This document shows positions 49,561 to 63,039 of a stretch of 64,000 nt of DNA, in pieces. The DNA lies in NCBI GenBank assembly GCA_965637545.1, contig OZ281494.1, positions 28,830,001 to 28,894,000 on the forward strand, written 5' to 3'. The notes under the pieces are model-generated. The model saw nothing but the letters and a program-made list of their open reading frames with translations, had not been told where the DNA came from and did no database searches. Numbering within the stretch: position 1 is the stretch's first letter; each line of letters begins with the position of its first letter. The translations under genes were made by a program, and so were the position numbers. The DNA is from Phallusia mammillata. Taxonomy: Eukaryota.

Positions 49561-52500
49561 GTTAAGAAACATGCAAAACTTGGTATTTTGTTAAAGCTTG
49601 GTATTCTAACTCCCTATTACCAAAAAGCAGTTGCAAAATTTCAACGAAGCTGTCAATGCATTTGCGAACACAAACACAACCCTAGTAGTAATGTTTCGAC
49701 ACAACACACAAGGGAGCGACTAAGTAGACCAAAACCGTGCGAGAACAGTGAACCTTAAAGGCTGTGGTCACCTTTAGTCATCACACACTAAGTAAAAGGC
49801 GAAGTTAAACTTGTGCACTGAGGAACTAATCTGGTGTGTTTGAACGACACCTGCGGGTTTAGATTGACATGAACGTTGTAGCAGAAGTTTATATGCGGAT
49901 TTGCAAAAATGTCCACATTCTGGGAATCTAGCCACGTTTGTTGGTTTTTGGATTTGCAGGAGTGTTTGCATGAAACCCAAGAACGAAAATGCATTCCAGC
50001 GAGAATTCTGACAACTAAACCATTTTAAACGACCCTCTGTAAACTTTTAAATCGCCGTTCTGAACAGTAGCATCAAAGCAGCGTCAAAAGGTGCCGAAGC
50101 ATTTCCCGTCCAATTTTTATTTCAGTGCAATTTATGTCTAGACTTAGAGATGAATTCTAACCTCGTATTTCCAAATCTCCTGTTTTGTCAAAAGCAAATT
50201 ACCATTCTTTCTCGAATCTTATTATAATTTTGTCACTTCTTTCCTGCACGCTGAACATAATACAATTTCAATCCGAATTACTACATTCTTCGGTTCAAAA
50301 CTAACACTTTTAGTTTGTGAAAATACCCACACTCGTTACTCGCATTTTACCATTATTATTTTCCAGACTCATAAAACATTTTCCGAAAACTACCTTCATT
50401 CGTCGTCACAAAAGGCCTCTGACGAAAACAATTCAATTTCCGTTTTCGATTGTGACGTCACAATTGTCGCGTAACACAGCCCAAGGTCAAGTCAATGGTC
50501 GCTGGCTCGTTTCATAATAACGTGTCGTCGTGCGTAACAACAATAATACGTGGGTTGTTGTATACAGAAAAAGTGACAGTGTGCACTTGAAAACCCACAA
50601 CATTTCTTTAGGTTTTCAATCAGTCTTAGACGTGAATGTTTTTCAGTAGGCCTATACGTTTTTTTGGTGATTCAGGCAATTTTGTAACTCAGCATGAGTT
50701 AGAATGCCTTACTAACTGACTAAAACATATTTACACTTGTGAAACCCAATCAAGATTTTGCTTCCAAATTTACTTTGTTCAAAAAATATAAACGTTATCA
50801 CTATAAGATCGCCATGATCGAACGTTTCAATATACCGTTACTGGTCCACGTAGCAAATTTTTGCAACGCTTTACACACATTACAGTATTGGGAATATTAT
50901 TAAAGCCCAAAAATCGTAACAACATTTTAACAAAGGCAATCCATAAAAATGCTTTTAAATAGTCAACATTATCAGCTAGAACACACAAAGGTGGTAAACG
51001 TCGGAAAATTACATTTACAAAGGCCTCGTTATCACCGATCTCCTGCGCAGGAGGAGATGCTTTTATTGACCACTTGTATGTGGGACAGTGGTATTAGTGG
51101 GACCCAACATTTCAGCTTATCTCCGGGAAGAGGCTTTAAGCAAACAAAATGATTTTGGCGAGCGACTGAGATTTGTTCAAACAATATCGGTCGCACGGAA
51201 AGACCACAGGTCGGTTTTCGTGTATCGCCCTTTAGCCAAAGTCAATATTCGTCTTACATGGCTGCATGATTGCGTATTGTCCTGCCCGCGATGTACGAGT
51301 CCCCAAGCTGACGCGTTTTCAGCTTGACGTGGGATCGCGGCGTAAGTGACCCGTGTTTTATTAAAGCGCCCTTTGCTTGCTCAAGAGTGGTGCCTTGTTT
51401 TGAGAATCTGTCAACCAGGTGTTTGCTGTTGCAAGCGAACGCCTTGAATGCTGAAAAGTAATTCAGTTTGGCGCTTGGTATCAGGGTATAGGCACGGGTA
51501 CAGAGATCTGCCCAGTGGCATGAAATTATGTCGCGTTGCTATGGTATGAATATTGTAAATGACTGCACGAAGCGAAATTTTATTGGGGTTTTCTGTTCAA
51601 CCTTGCAAGTCTAAACAAATGACAACTTTGAATTAGCTGTCGCAAAAGCAAGCAAAGCAAACGTTAATGCTGTCAACTCTATTAAAACTACTAAACAACG
51701 TTTAAAATAGCTCAACCACCCACATTGCGTTTCATTATGCTGTACCCTGGTTTCAAAATAGCTTTAACCTTATTTAAATAGATACATAATTCAATTTTGC
51801 AAATGTCTCAAACAGGATCTCTGTTTTTCTAACAAATCGCTAAGCGGGCTTCACTAAGTCAACTGTAAACCTCACCGGTCATTATAATGGAGGCCCATCC
51901 TGTTTTCATGGCAATTTGACAGCGAAATGGCCCTAGTGAGTCAGATGCCACAAAATCGACACGCTTTAAGCTATAAATACTCGCCAATCGTTAAAGAGAG
52001 TTTTTCGTTGAACCTTGTGCCAAAATTGCATTCCTAATAGCAAGTTGTATGCTTACTATTAAAGCAGCTAAACCCAACGTTCTGGTACGCCTGTTTCACT
52101 AACTTACTAATATTTGTGGCCTTGGACTGTGACTACACTTTAAGAGGAGTTTCAAATCGAATTTTATCGATCAATAAGTTTAAATCGAAGAGTCGCATTC
52201 GGGATCTACGAAAGATAATAAAATGCAACCAATCGAACGCAAGTTTGTGGCGGAAATCGATTAGACGCTCTGGGATTTTGGATGCTCAATGCTGGCGCCT
52301 TCAAGTAGTTCAAAAATGTACGTTTCTAAACTGAATACAAAAGACACAACCATTCTGTGCAACAACAATTATTGCTGTGCAAGCTGTTACGACAAAAGGA
52401 TAACAAGATGCAAGCCTTAATTCTGCAGCCTGAATTCATTTCCGACAAAACCTATACCCGCTCTCATGAAATATTTAATGTTAGAAATTGGTCGCCGCCG

Positions 52501-54373
52501 AGCATGCAAGTATTACCTCCCCCGCAACATCAAACATGGACTTCTAAATCCTGACGACCGACAACTCAGTTTTTAATGAAACTACAATTGATCCGAAATT
52601 CCTTGACTAACATATAGTCTTCGCTGTAGAAGCGCCGTAAATACTGCACGCCTCTTGTTGCCGAGTCGTAGTATATCATTTCATTCGGACAGCGACAAAA
52701 ATCACCACGTAAGAAAAAAGCAGGGCAAACGTATTTACCTGAGACCTGTATCGCCCAAAAATCAGCAGTTACGCATCTAAGTTAAACACACTGACAACAA
52801 TAACGGTCGTCTTACGCGCCGTATATTGTTTGTTGTGATAACAGTGATAGTAGCTATCCCAGCGACATTTCGATCGCCTTCCCTCGACTGAGCCAATTTT
52901 TGCGTGCAATGTTCGCCGACGAATTGAGTTGTGACGAATGATGGATCCCGCGACTGCCTGTGTGACGACACAATGAGTTTACCCAAGCGTGTAAGGCTAT
53001 TTGTTATAGTCGCTGCCCGTTCGTTCAACATTTTACCGGCAGACACAGTACAATACTAAGTAATACCAAACAAGGTCTGTCGTTTGACTGTAAACTAGAA
53101 ATTTTTAAAACCTACAGAAAACTTTAACCAGCAGCACATTAAAAACTGCTACCCATTCTTGACACTGCCCACGCATTGCTACCTTTGCATTGACAACATC
53201 TAAATGCGCTTGTCATTTAACTTGCCGACTGTCTGTAAACACTAATGACTGCAATTATCCCATGGCATACACTTTTTTTTACGTTCGGAGTATGATTACA
53301 TCTGAACACATGCTTCGCATTCTGGTTTTATATCATGTGATTCAGCTAACAAATAGTATTATCTGATGCAAAAGCTTTTTCAAACCAAGTTAAAACAATC
53401 AAACAATCTACAAATCTGAAAAAAAAATCTGTACGAAATCTGACTGATCATCCATGACACTGTGCTGTCAATTCACAGTGGATATACACATTCATGTCTG
53501 CGACTTTTCTCACCTCCAGGGCCCAGCTACTTTGGAGACCATTTAGCTATGATCGGCTACGCTTAACTTGTAATCAGGCATGCAGCACAGCTGTAAATGC
53601 AATTCACACAACTGAGTACCACGTTCTGTGTCGTCACAATTGGGTCTTTGCTGGCATTCGAAGACCTGGCTTTAACCTCATCTGACTGCGCAAGTTGTTC
53701 AATAGGGTGGTTTTATTGGCGAATTCCAAACGTCCGGCTTTTTTTGGGCGCTATGTAATTGCAGCCACTTGAGTGTTGCGAAAATTGACAGTGTCGTCCG
53801 CAAGTAAACACACTTAAGTACCACTTTAAGTGTACGCGAGCATTTGAGTTTAGCATAGGAATGCTGCAGCTTTGCTATTCCGAGGTGCACAATGTCACAA
53901 AACATTTATCATTTGTTGCGAGTCATTTTCCATGCTGTGCAGTGACATAGATTTATTGCAAGCCCGAAGTGTACAATGATAGTGTGAACGTTTTTGCTGT
54001 GTTTTCTTTGTTGTTCCTTTTATTGTGAACCAAATTAGAAACATATCCGCGACTTTACCTGGCCATTTAGTAAGCACATACAACAAGCGCTGGTATAGGT
54101 AAAAAAGTAACAACTAATCACATGGATGTTAAAATATTAATCTTGTTTAATTAAACTCCAGCTAAATTCACCATCAAATGAAGTCAAGTCTAGCCAAGTA
54201 CAGTCGGTTGCACATAACAGTGGTTAAAACCGCAGGTTCTGCTGCACAAGTGAAATACGCTTAAACGGAAACAGCGTAGCGGTTCCCCGGAACGTTTCCT
54301 GCGATCCAATAGACAAATTCGAATGTCCCGAGGACAGTCATTGGTGACATTGGAATGGTGGTCCGAGATTTAC

Positions 54374-54445
54374 CATCGAGCATCTCCTCCCCTGCTTTCG
54401 GGAGATCGATGGCAGGATCGCACTTTTTCGTCCCGATTCGCTGAT
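54374..54445 (-). other. Candidate remote upstream exon of the PEAK-like gene
   Basis: 72-nt GC-rich segment with acceptor CCTTTCAG and donor G/GTAAAT. Contains ATG CTC GAT G, which splices in phase 1 to the acceptor at 44228. Inference only. Confidence 0.4.
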
Positions 54446-54877
54446 CTGAAAGGACCAAATCCTACCGCAGTTTTTTTGTGCTAGCCAATATGATTTGGAC
54501 TATTAGTAAAAAATACAAAATGCGTTTTTCGTTTCTTTGTCTAAAAACAAGGTAATTTTTCATATTGTGAAACATGTTGTGAAAGTCCCAAAAGGATAAC
54601 TGCCATCTGATGCAGGCCTGTTGTGAAAAACAGTTGTTAACAAATATCAAAATCTCACCGCCTCCACAAACGAACAAGTGCCGGGAAGAAATGGGCAGAT
54701 CAGGTGCTTTGAACCATGGATTTCTAACCAGCATGCAGTAAGAAAGAGATGCCCCACAAAATATTTTTTTAGAACTCAAACAGCTTGTAGAATGTAGATC
54801 ATGTCACAGGACCTGACGACAAAAGTCGGGTGTGCGTTTAATCTCTAGCGCTGCCAGTGGTTTATATCGCACTAAAT

Positions 54878-55197
54878 CAGTGGTTCTCAACCCGTGGTAT
54901 TCGTACCACTAGTGGTATCCTGGAGCTTTTCATAAGATACACGAGTAGATTTCGCGCATACTTAATTGAAGTCAGATCAACAATTCCAACTCAACTGATC
55001 CAACTAATCAGCCCTGGTTTTTGGGTGAAACTCATGTCTTGTACATTCTATAAAAATTGCTAACCTCGCTGGTTTCAGAAATATGAGTCAAGAAGGAATA
55101 CCCTTTTTTCTTGGGCAACCCATTTAAACAGGGTTGTAAGCGATGATAAAAAAACCGTTTAGGTGGAACGCGACCAGTATGAGGTTGAGATCCACTG
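54878..55197. mobile_element. hAT (Buster/Charlie-type) MITE
   Basis: TIRs CAGTGGTTCTCAACC and GGTTGAGATCCACTG; TSD CACTAAAT/CACTAAAG (7 of 8). Confidence 0.8.
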
Positions 55198-56738
55198 CAC
55201 TAAAGGATACATGCCTTTATTGGCGCTTCTTAATAATATCATAAAAGGCCTTTAAATCCACAAAACTATGACTTTTTTAATTTTTTTGATTTTTTTCTGA
55301 GGCGAGTAATTCAAATTGTCGTTTTGCCGTTTCAGTTGGCATTTAGCGATTGACGAATGAACTGTCATTTAGCGTTGTTACTGCATAGGTTGGGGTAATT
55401 ATTGATTTTTCGTCACCACTTCTCATGATCAAGAAACGCACACCGAATCAAGCCTCATTCTTAAAACTGGTTTAATTTTGTAAAATGAACTTTATCGACC
55501 GGACGTAATCTTGTACAATTGTGCCTATTGTCGATTCATTATTATGTTTGGTGTCATAATTGTTTGTACAAATGTGTTGTTATAGGGACATTGAGTTGTG
55601 CATGGGCAAGTCGCCTAACTCAATATTTTAGTAGAGGCCAAAATTTTTAGAAGGACCAAAAATGTTGTGACTTTGTGCAAGTTGGATTAAAAAACACCGA
55701 GCTATCAACGTGTTTTTATTTATAATTTTTCCTGGAGTGGGGGTATTGCCCCTAGAGGCGATTTGCAACGATCATAATGCGTACCAGAAATTGGGACTTA
55801 AACTCGACCCGAATCTGAAAGTGTAGGGATCTTAAATCCAAACAATTTTAAAATATAGTCCAAATTTGGCCGATTTTTTCCTTATGAGGGGGGGGGGGGC
55901 AATGTAGTGGAAATTTCGACGCAAATGTGACTGGGTGTCAATTTAGTCCTGAATTTAACCCGTTTTGTTCATCCTCATCCTTAAGCCCGAACCCGTCCGG
56001 CTAACAACACTGAAGTTATACATCTTCTGCGACTAACTTTCCTCTAGTTATTTGCCCCTATGGGGTTGAGGTAATTTATTAACCCTCTGAACTAATTTAG
56101 TTGGTCTCTTCTTCATGACAGAGCCACAGCCTGAAGAAAGAATGGCTATAATTTGAAAGGTTGCAATTTTGCGCTTGGATAAAGACTGCGTATAATAGCC
56201 AGACATTGGAAGGGACAGAGGCTCAGAGTGTTGCAATTACTTCGATTGATCATCTTGCGGTTTAGGCAGCTTTTCTTACTGTCGAGTGATGTCTGTATCG
56301 ATTTTTGACATGTTTTGATCTCTGTGTTAAGAGCTTAAAAAAGGCAAAACGCCTGATTGGAGATGCACTAATACGAGAGACTCAAAGAGTTATCGTGTGT
56401 CATTTGAGGAGTGGATGCAAATGAAAGTTGCAAGCCTAAACTTTATGAAGTGTTACAATAAAATCTTAAAGTATTTTATTTACTTGGCAATGGTTTCTAA
56501 TTTATATCATGAATTTTAGTCAGTGGTAGAACTATCACACATTGTTAAAAGTTTTCATGTTCTTTTTTTCCCAAGAGATTTTTTAGTTTAAAAATTTTAA
56601 AAAGATTTACTTCAGTTTTATAGTTCTGCACAGACATTCTGAAACGATTGAATTTTGATTCGTGGGCCGATCGCCTGCTTTACAACATTGATCGCAATCA
56701 AAATTTAATCTGCCATTGACAGTACAATTTAAGCAGAT

Positions 56739-59700
56739 ATGACTGTGCATTTTGGCTTTTCAAATCAAACAACAATCAAAGACAATTCTTCAGCATTTTA
56801 TTCAACCATCGTCACCCCAATCTCTGACGACAACTTAACAACGTACGCTTCCAACTTTACACCAGTGGACGATGGTTCAGCCCGACTCGTCGCCGTCCTT
56901 GTTCCTGTTGTTTTTGGGGTGATCTTCTGCGTAGGCTGCATTGCTAACATTGCTGTCCTGGTGGTCAACTTTGTAACCTACCAGCATCAGAACAGAGGGA
57001 TTCGGGTGACAAACACATTTATTCTGAACTTGGCCATTGCCGATCTACTTTTCCTGATTTTTTGCGTGCCCTTTCAAGCGACAATTTACAGCATGGACCG
57101 TTGGCCTTTCGGCGCTTTCATGTGCGTTTTTGGTGAGGTTTGCCAGCAAGTTGCCATGTTGGCCAGCATATACACACTTGTGGCGTTGTCACTTGACAGG
57201 TAATTACCATTACTGTCTTTCTTTGTCAGTTGTTTGGCAAATGTTAATTCTGTGATTAAAGGTTCAATTGGTTTAATTCCTAAAGTAAGTTGAAAGCTAA
57301 AGATATTTGCTACATTTTTTTATATTTCAGAAAAACAAAGGTAAAAACCTGCGACAATGAAAGCTCGTATACGTAAAGGCTAATTATTACCGTTGATATA
57401 TATTTGACCTTTAAGGTTAATTTTTTTTTTCTATTAGAATTTCAAAAACTCTTGTACTATAAGAGTGTGAAAAAGAATGTAAAAGCCTTTTATCGCAAAG
57501 ATAAAAACGAGATGCGTGAGTCGTGTAGTCCAAATGCACAACGTACAAAATTGCGGCATTGAAGTTGGCAGAATAGGACCACCATGGTCCCATCAGTAGA
57601 AATATTTAATGATGAGTGAATGTGCCATGCATCATTTATGGAGCACATTGGTAGATAATTAGATATTTCAGAATTTGTCATTTTAAAAGACGCGTAGGAA
57701 CTTTTAGGGCAGGGGTTCTTAACCTGGGGTGCACGCACCCCCAAGGGGTGCGGTAACTGTTCCTAGGGGGTGCAGGGATGCTGAATCATTAAGGTTGGTT
57801 AGGTCTATTCTATTTAAGCAATCACAGAAGGGGGAGCGAAAATTGGTTAGTGATTTGCAAGGGGGTGCGAAAATTGGTTGGTGATTTGAAAGGGGTGCAG
57901 CAAGGAAAAAAGGTTAAGAACCACTGTTTTAGGGGCACTACAGCTGTATATGCGTGAGTACGAACGTCGCTATCTTTCATATCACAAAGCGTTTTTTAAA
58001 CAATTTACCATACCTCTTAATTTCGTAGTTAACATTGTTAAATGCACAAACAAATCAATGCCACTTCTGGGCATTTTTGTTACCCTTCTTAGACCTTTTA
58101 CCGACAGCACTACGCGGGATTTAGGGAGTTTTTGTTCTGCCACTTTTCTCTCTTTTACATATGAGAACATTTAACCTTTTTGCGGGAAATTGGGCTTGAG
58201 CATAAAGTCAAAATACACACGAGATTATCAATTATTTATTAGGCTCTGTGTATCACGGTCCTTAAGGGACTATGACGTGTTTTTAACTGAAGTTGATACT
58301 GACGCAAAAATTGGTTTTAATCATGGATTAGAACCAAGATTGCAAACGAATTGCTTAAATATTTTCACATTGGTTCAATCGGAGGTAAATGCGCAAAGCC
58401 AAAATATAAAATAGAATTTTGTTGACAAAATTACAGTTTACGTTTTCAGAAAAACAATTACATGTGCATTTGCTTACATTGCGTACAAAACATTATTGTT
58501 GTCGGTAAGCCAAAAGCATACTTTGAATTACAAGACGTAAATAACTTAAATTTTGTGCATTTTAGTCTATTAATGTTTTACGTGTTATAAAAAAGCAAAT
58601 TATTGTTTTACCCGGCTCCACTGGCCAGTCGTATCCATCGAATTAGAAATTTAGGACCCTAAATGTACTGAGTCGTATGGTCCAAATCCCCAACGGCTTC
58701 TTGTGGCCTCATATTAAATCCAGTTTATGTTAGGTGTATCTGACAGTCAAAGTTGTCTGAGCAATCAATACAGCTGCTCCCACAATCCAGCCGTTGTTCG
58801 TTTCTTAATCTTTGGTGATGCAAAGAACCTAATAGGCTTTAAGCACTGGGATGACTATTAGATTGCCATTTGAACTTTTTGATTAACTTAATATCATTTC
58901 TAATTGTTTGATTTAACTTTTTGCAATCGTTTTGTGATTTTATTTATTGTACAAGCTTTGATCGATTTTGCATGCGCAACCTTTTGGGGGTAATTTGAGC
59001 CGCTCAATAACACAAGTCTTGCTCTGTTGTGTAAATGGTATCTATCTTTGAAAGGCTTATCTTTAATACATTTTTATAAAAACGCTTATATCGAAACGCT
59101 TTTAAATATGCTGTGCAGCCATGTCAAGTTTATCTTAGCTCTTGCAAAAGTTTCGTTTCTCCAGGTTTTTCGCTGTGGTCTACGCAACTTCGGCCAAGCA
59201 GATTAGAACTCCAAGTAACGTGGCACGATGTCTGGTAGTGATTTGGACAGCTGCTCTTGCACTGGGCGTTCCTTCTGTTGCAACCAAAACAAGGGTAAGC
59301 TTTTTTACTGCCTGTCCCCGCCTGTACAAACTCAAACATAATACCAGCTGTCAAAGACTTAGATTCGTGACTGATGATCATGTGACTCTTTATTGGTGTA
59401 ACAAAGTGCGCCGACGGTTTAAAATATTGTGTTGCCAAAAGTATCAGTAAGTAGAGTTGTTACAGGTTAATGCAGTGGTTCATAAATATTTTTGCGTTCG
59501 TAGCTCTTGTCTGAAATGACTGACAAAACTTAATGACAGTATTTGTGAAGAATTTTGGCAGCCTTTTTACCTATTTACTGGCACAGTTGCGAAAATGTTC
59601 AGCAAGAAACATTTTCACCATGTTGTTTGTCACACATTTGCAGACAGTATATTCTCTTACTGTATGCATTTCATAATTGCTTTGTTCGATCCAGGGTTTG

Positions 59701-61177
59701 TCCACATACGTTGTAATAACCAGCATACAATGTTGTCTGTCGTGTTTCCTCAGTTGTCATGTACAGCATGCTTGAATATTGTCTTTCAGTCTTAGATGTT
59801 GTCAATCCATTTTAGCTTCAATACCTCAGGAACTTTTATGTTGAAATCCATTTTAGTTTCCGTACCTCAGGAAGTTCAAATTTGCTGCTCTTCACCTTGC
59901 TGAACGCAAAGTCTGTTTTAATTAAAAAGTTAATAAAATACGTTTTGCCTTTTAGTTGTTTTCAGTTTTGTATACATTTGTTGTACTTAAACCCTTACCA
60001 CAGGTAAACTTTAATGGCCGTCTCATTTGCGCCACCTACTGGTTCGGTTTCTACCACGAGCTCGTCTTCACATGTGGTTACGTCACCCCCCTCGTGATCA
60101 TCGTCATGTGTTACGTAGCAGTCCTTCACGCTTTGCAACTCTCGGCGCGCCGAAACCACGTGCTTGGAAAAGCCTCGAAGAAGAAGAACCGGAGAATAAC
60201 AAGGATCGTCGTTGTTCTTGTAAGTTCCATAAAAAACATTGGATTTTCGGACAACAAAGTGTTTTCTCATTTGTTGAAGATAAAAACCAAGGTTACGCCA
60301 GCCCCGATAAAACTGCGTTGACCAATCAATCGACAGATTTCTGTTATCCAAGAATATTTAGAATTTTGCAGGGTACAGCCAATTTAAACTGGGATCAAAA
60401 TATGTTAAAACAGAAACGATGGGATAAATACCGCGGCGTCTTATTTTATTCACAAAACCTGCTTACAGCGGCCAACTGTTCTTTTTTATTGCGTAACAAT
60501 ATAACATGCTACAATAAGAGTGTTCCCGGTTTCAAGGGTACAGTTTTCCTTTGTTTTTTTGTTGCTTATCATAATTGTGCTTATCAAAATGGTTCAAACT
60601 TTGTGCCTAAGAATTTTTTTTGAACCTTTTCTCTCCAAACTAAAGCAAGTAAAATTTATTTTTATCTCAGGTGGTGGTGTTTGCTCTAAGCTGGTTTCCT
60701 CATCATTTACTTCTGCTCTGGGTGAAATTGGGAGATTTCCCCTTTAACCACTTCACCTTCGTTTTGCGAGTCGTAGCCCACTGTCTCTCGTACGCCAACT
60801 CGTGTCTGAATCCGCTCATCTACGGGTTCGTGTCGGCCAACTTCCGACGGGACTTCGTCCGATGTTACATTTCCCGCTACAGTGCTATGCGAACCAACGT
60901 TAGTAGGGTGTCGGCCCGTATTTCGACGAACCTAACCCGCGCTACACATCAAGAGATTCGAGGAGTTGTGTTAAGGCCTCGCGCACCCACCACCTTTGAA
61001 TCTCCTGAGAACACGACCAAGGTGAAGTTGGCTAACAGGGAAATTGGTCGCTGCTGTATCTCATCACCCATCAAGGAGCTCCAGCTTGAAGGTAGTGACC
61101 CAGAGGCATCGTTGGAAAATATTCAGAATTTCGCACAGGTGACTGATTCAAAGGAGATTGCACAATCTTACCTCTAA
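56739..61177 (+). CDS. GALR: Galanin receptor (GALR1/2-like class A GPCR), 4 exons, 437 aa
   Basis: Exons 56739-57199, 59165-59294, 60004-60219, 60671-61177 (1314 nt, in phase). NTFILNLAIADLLFLIFCVPFQATIY, SLDRF, SWFPHHLLLLW, AHCLSYANSCLNPLIYGFVSANFR are galanin-receptor signatures. Subtype not assignable. Confidence 0.92.
57710..57926. mobile_element. hAT (Buster/Charlie-type) MITE
   Basis: TIRs CAGGGGTTCTTAACC and GGTTAAGAACCACTG; perfect TSD TTTTAGGG; internal repeats of about 31 bp (AAGGGGG.GCGAAAATTGGTT.GTGATTTG). Confidence 0.9.
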
Positions 61178-62777
61178 ACGGAAAAGTGAATGCGCAACTT
61201 AAAAGATTTCTACCCGTTGGTGTTTACCTTGAAGCGATTCTAAGTAGTCGAAAAGTCCCGAAAGTGGAAAAAAACTATTAACAATTAATATTGTATCATA
61301 CAAAAAGCATTAACTATGAATTCATGTCCTGGTGTATCTTCCCACGCGTAAAGTGTACCAAACAAGATTTTTGACATTACACGGCAGCCCATGTATCTTT
61401 GTCGTTATTTGGCCAGACATAAAATCAGAGTTTTTAGAAGCGAAAGAGCAATTTTATTGATCTAATTGTTATTTTGATTTACTTATCCAAAGTAATTATT
61501 TTACAATGTTGAGAAGCAGTAGTTGGATATCCTTGTAACTTATTACTAATAAGAACACAATTACCATGAAAGTCGAACACAAGTTTTATTTATTATTCGG
61601 CCGTTACCATAAAAGTATTGTCTTGAATGCGTTGTAAACCACTTTCATGGCAATTTTGTTTTTGGTTGAACTGCATTTCAAGTGTCATTTTATGCCCAAC
61701 TCAGTATGACGACAAATAAGTATAATGTGTGCTACACCTGTTTATGACAAAGGAGACTTATGTTGTTCGTGATCAAGTTTGCTTCACTTACAAAGTTAAT
61801 AATTCAACAAGAAAAAAAGAAGATAACACTGTAAAGTGTTTTTCTTTGTGTGCACTACTAGACCAATATATCAACACAAGTACGTAATCTTTGAAATTGT
61901 AATTACCAAAAGAGATATTTAATTGGATTAATAAATAAGTTATATTTAGGAACACAGCGTTTTGATTGGTTTCAGTGATCGATAAATGATGATCGAAAAG
62001 TCATTTTCTCTTCTATTATTATTATTGGCAAAGCGTACGAGAAAAACAACTTCCGCTTTTGTTTGTTTGTTTTTTTCTCTGTGTTTTGCTTTCATTCGCG
62101 TTTAACTGTGACCGAACTGATCGTCCAATGTTATTATCACGAATCCTTGTTTAGATTTAATAATTAGCATTTGTTACCGCATTATGGATCTCTCTCCCCA
62201 TTATGGAGGAGAACAATTATAAATGGCCATGTTATCGTATTAATTTTGTTCAAAATGATATATGTGATGAGAAATAGACATTTTTGGGTAAATTATATAA
62301 AAACACGCATCACAAATAAAAGGTGAATGGCACTGCTCATTATTTACTCACACTCATGTCGGCTTCCTTCGCAAAACAAGTCAACGGAAAATCCTAAGCA
62401 AACATCACCTGGTTTCCCTACAAGCAGTAAACGTCCGACTATTATTTGCTTTAGAGTCCAGTCATATAGCCCAATGGCTTTATCGTCGAATCACATTGTT
62501 TACATTGCCTAATAACAGGCGTGGTTTGACTGTAAAATGTATGTTGGTTAAAATTCTAAAACGTGTTTATAGATGAAATTGTAAAATTGTAGAGGAAAGC
62601 AAAACCAATACGTCACTAGGTGTTGATCTGGGCAAAAAATATGGTATCATTTTGCTTGAGCGTTAAAGGTTGACACTCGCTATGTTTCAATCCGTTTGAA
62701 AGCTTAAGAACACTTTTTTATGTCTTTCTCGCTGCAAATTCTTTTTTGTGGTTTTGATTATCATTTTCTGTTTAAAC

Positions 62778-63039
62778 CAGTGGTTCCCAACCGGGGAGGA
62801 ATTCCTCCCTAGGGAGGAATTTTATCAGGGGAGGAAGGGGGAGGAATTTCATAAAAAACTGTAAAAAAATTCCATTGAAAATGTTACAGAATGATTTTGT
62901 ACATACATTATTATGTCCATTACTATTTCAAGTTGCTATAATTTTTTACGTTATATTTGTTTTTCGTTTTATGGGGAGGAATGAATAGTTCGAAAATCGG
63001 CAAAGGGGGGAATGTAACAAAAAAGGTTGGGAACCACTG
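62778..63039. mobile_element. hAT (Buster/Charlie-type) MITE
   Basis: TIRs CAGTGGTTCCCAACC and GGTTGGGAACCACTG; perfect TSD GTTTAAAC; repeated GGGGAGGAAT motifs. Confidence 0.9.

Noticed and set aside
52261-52290. LDALGFWMLN resembling a hAT transposase dimerisation-domain motif
   Set aside because: Stops on both sides and no downstream PATS/SERxFS motif.
54413-54448. GATCGC...GATTCGCTGATCTG resembling the HEXIM-binding GAUC stem of 7SK RNA
   Set aside because: There is no GGAUG 5' end at the expected distance, an internal T5 would stop Pol III, and no room remains for the rest of 7SK before the T7 at 54471. The minus-strand exon reading explains the segment better. An Infernal 7SK search would settle it.
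54261-54458. ORF ending FEFVYWIAGNVPGNRY, reminiscent of the PEBP/MRPL38 HWLxxNIPGN motif
   Set aside because: The His and the upstream DPD motif are missing, a stop follows within a few codons, and no other PEBP exons were found.
1476-61177. Functional cluster idea (gamma-secretase subunit next to two GPCRs and a signalling scaffold)
   Set aside because: Orientations alternate, there is no operon-like junction or shared motif, and adjacency alone is not evidence.
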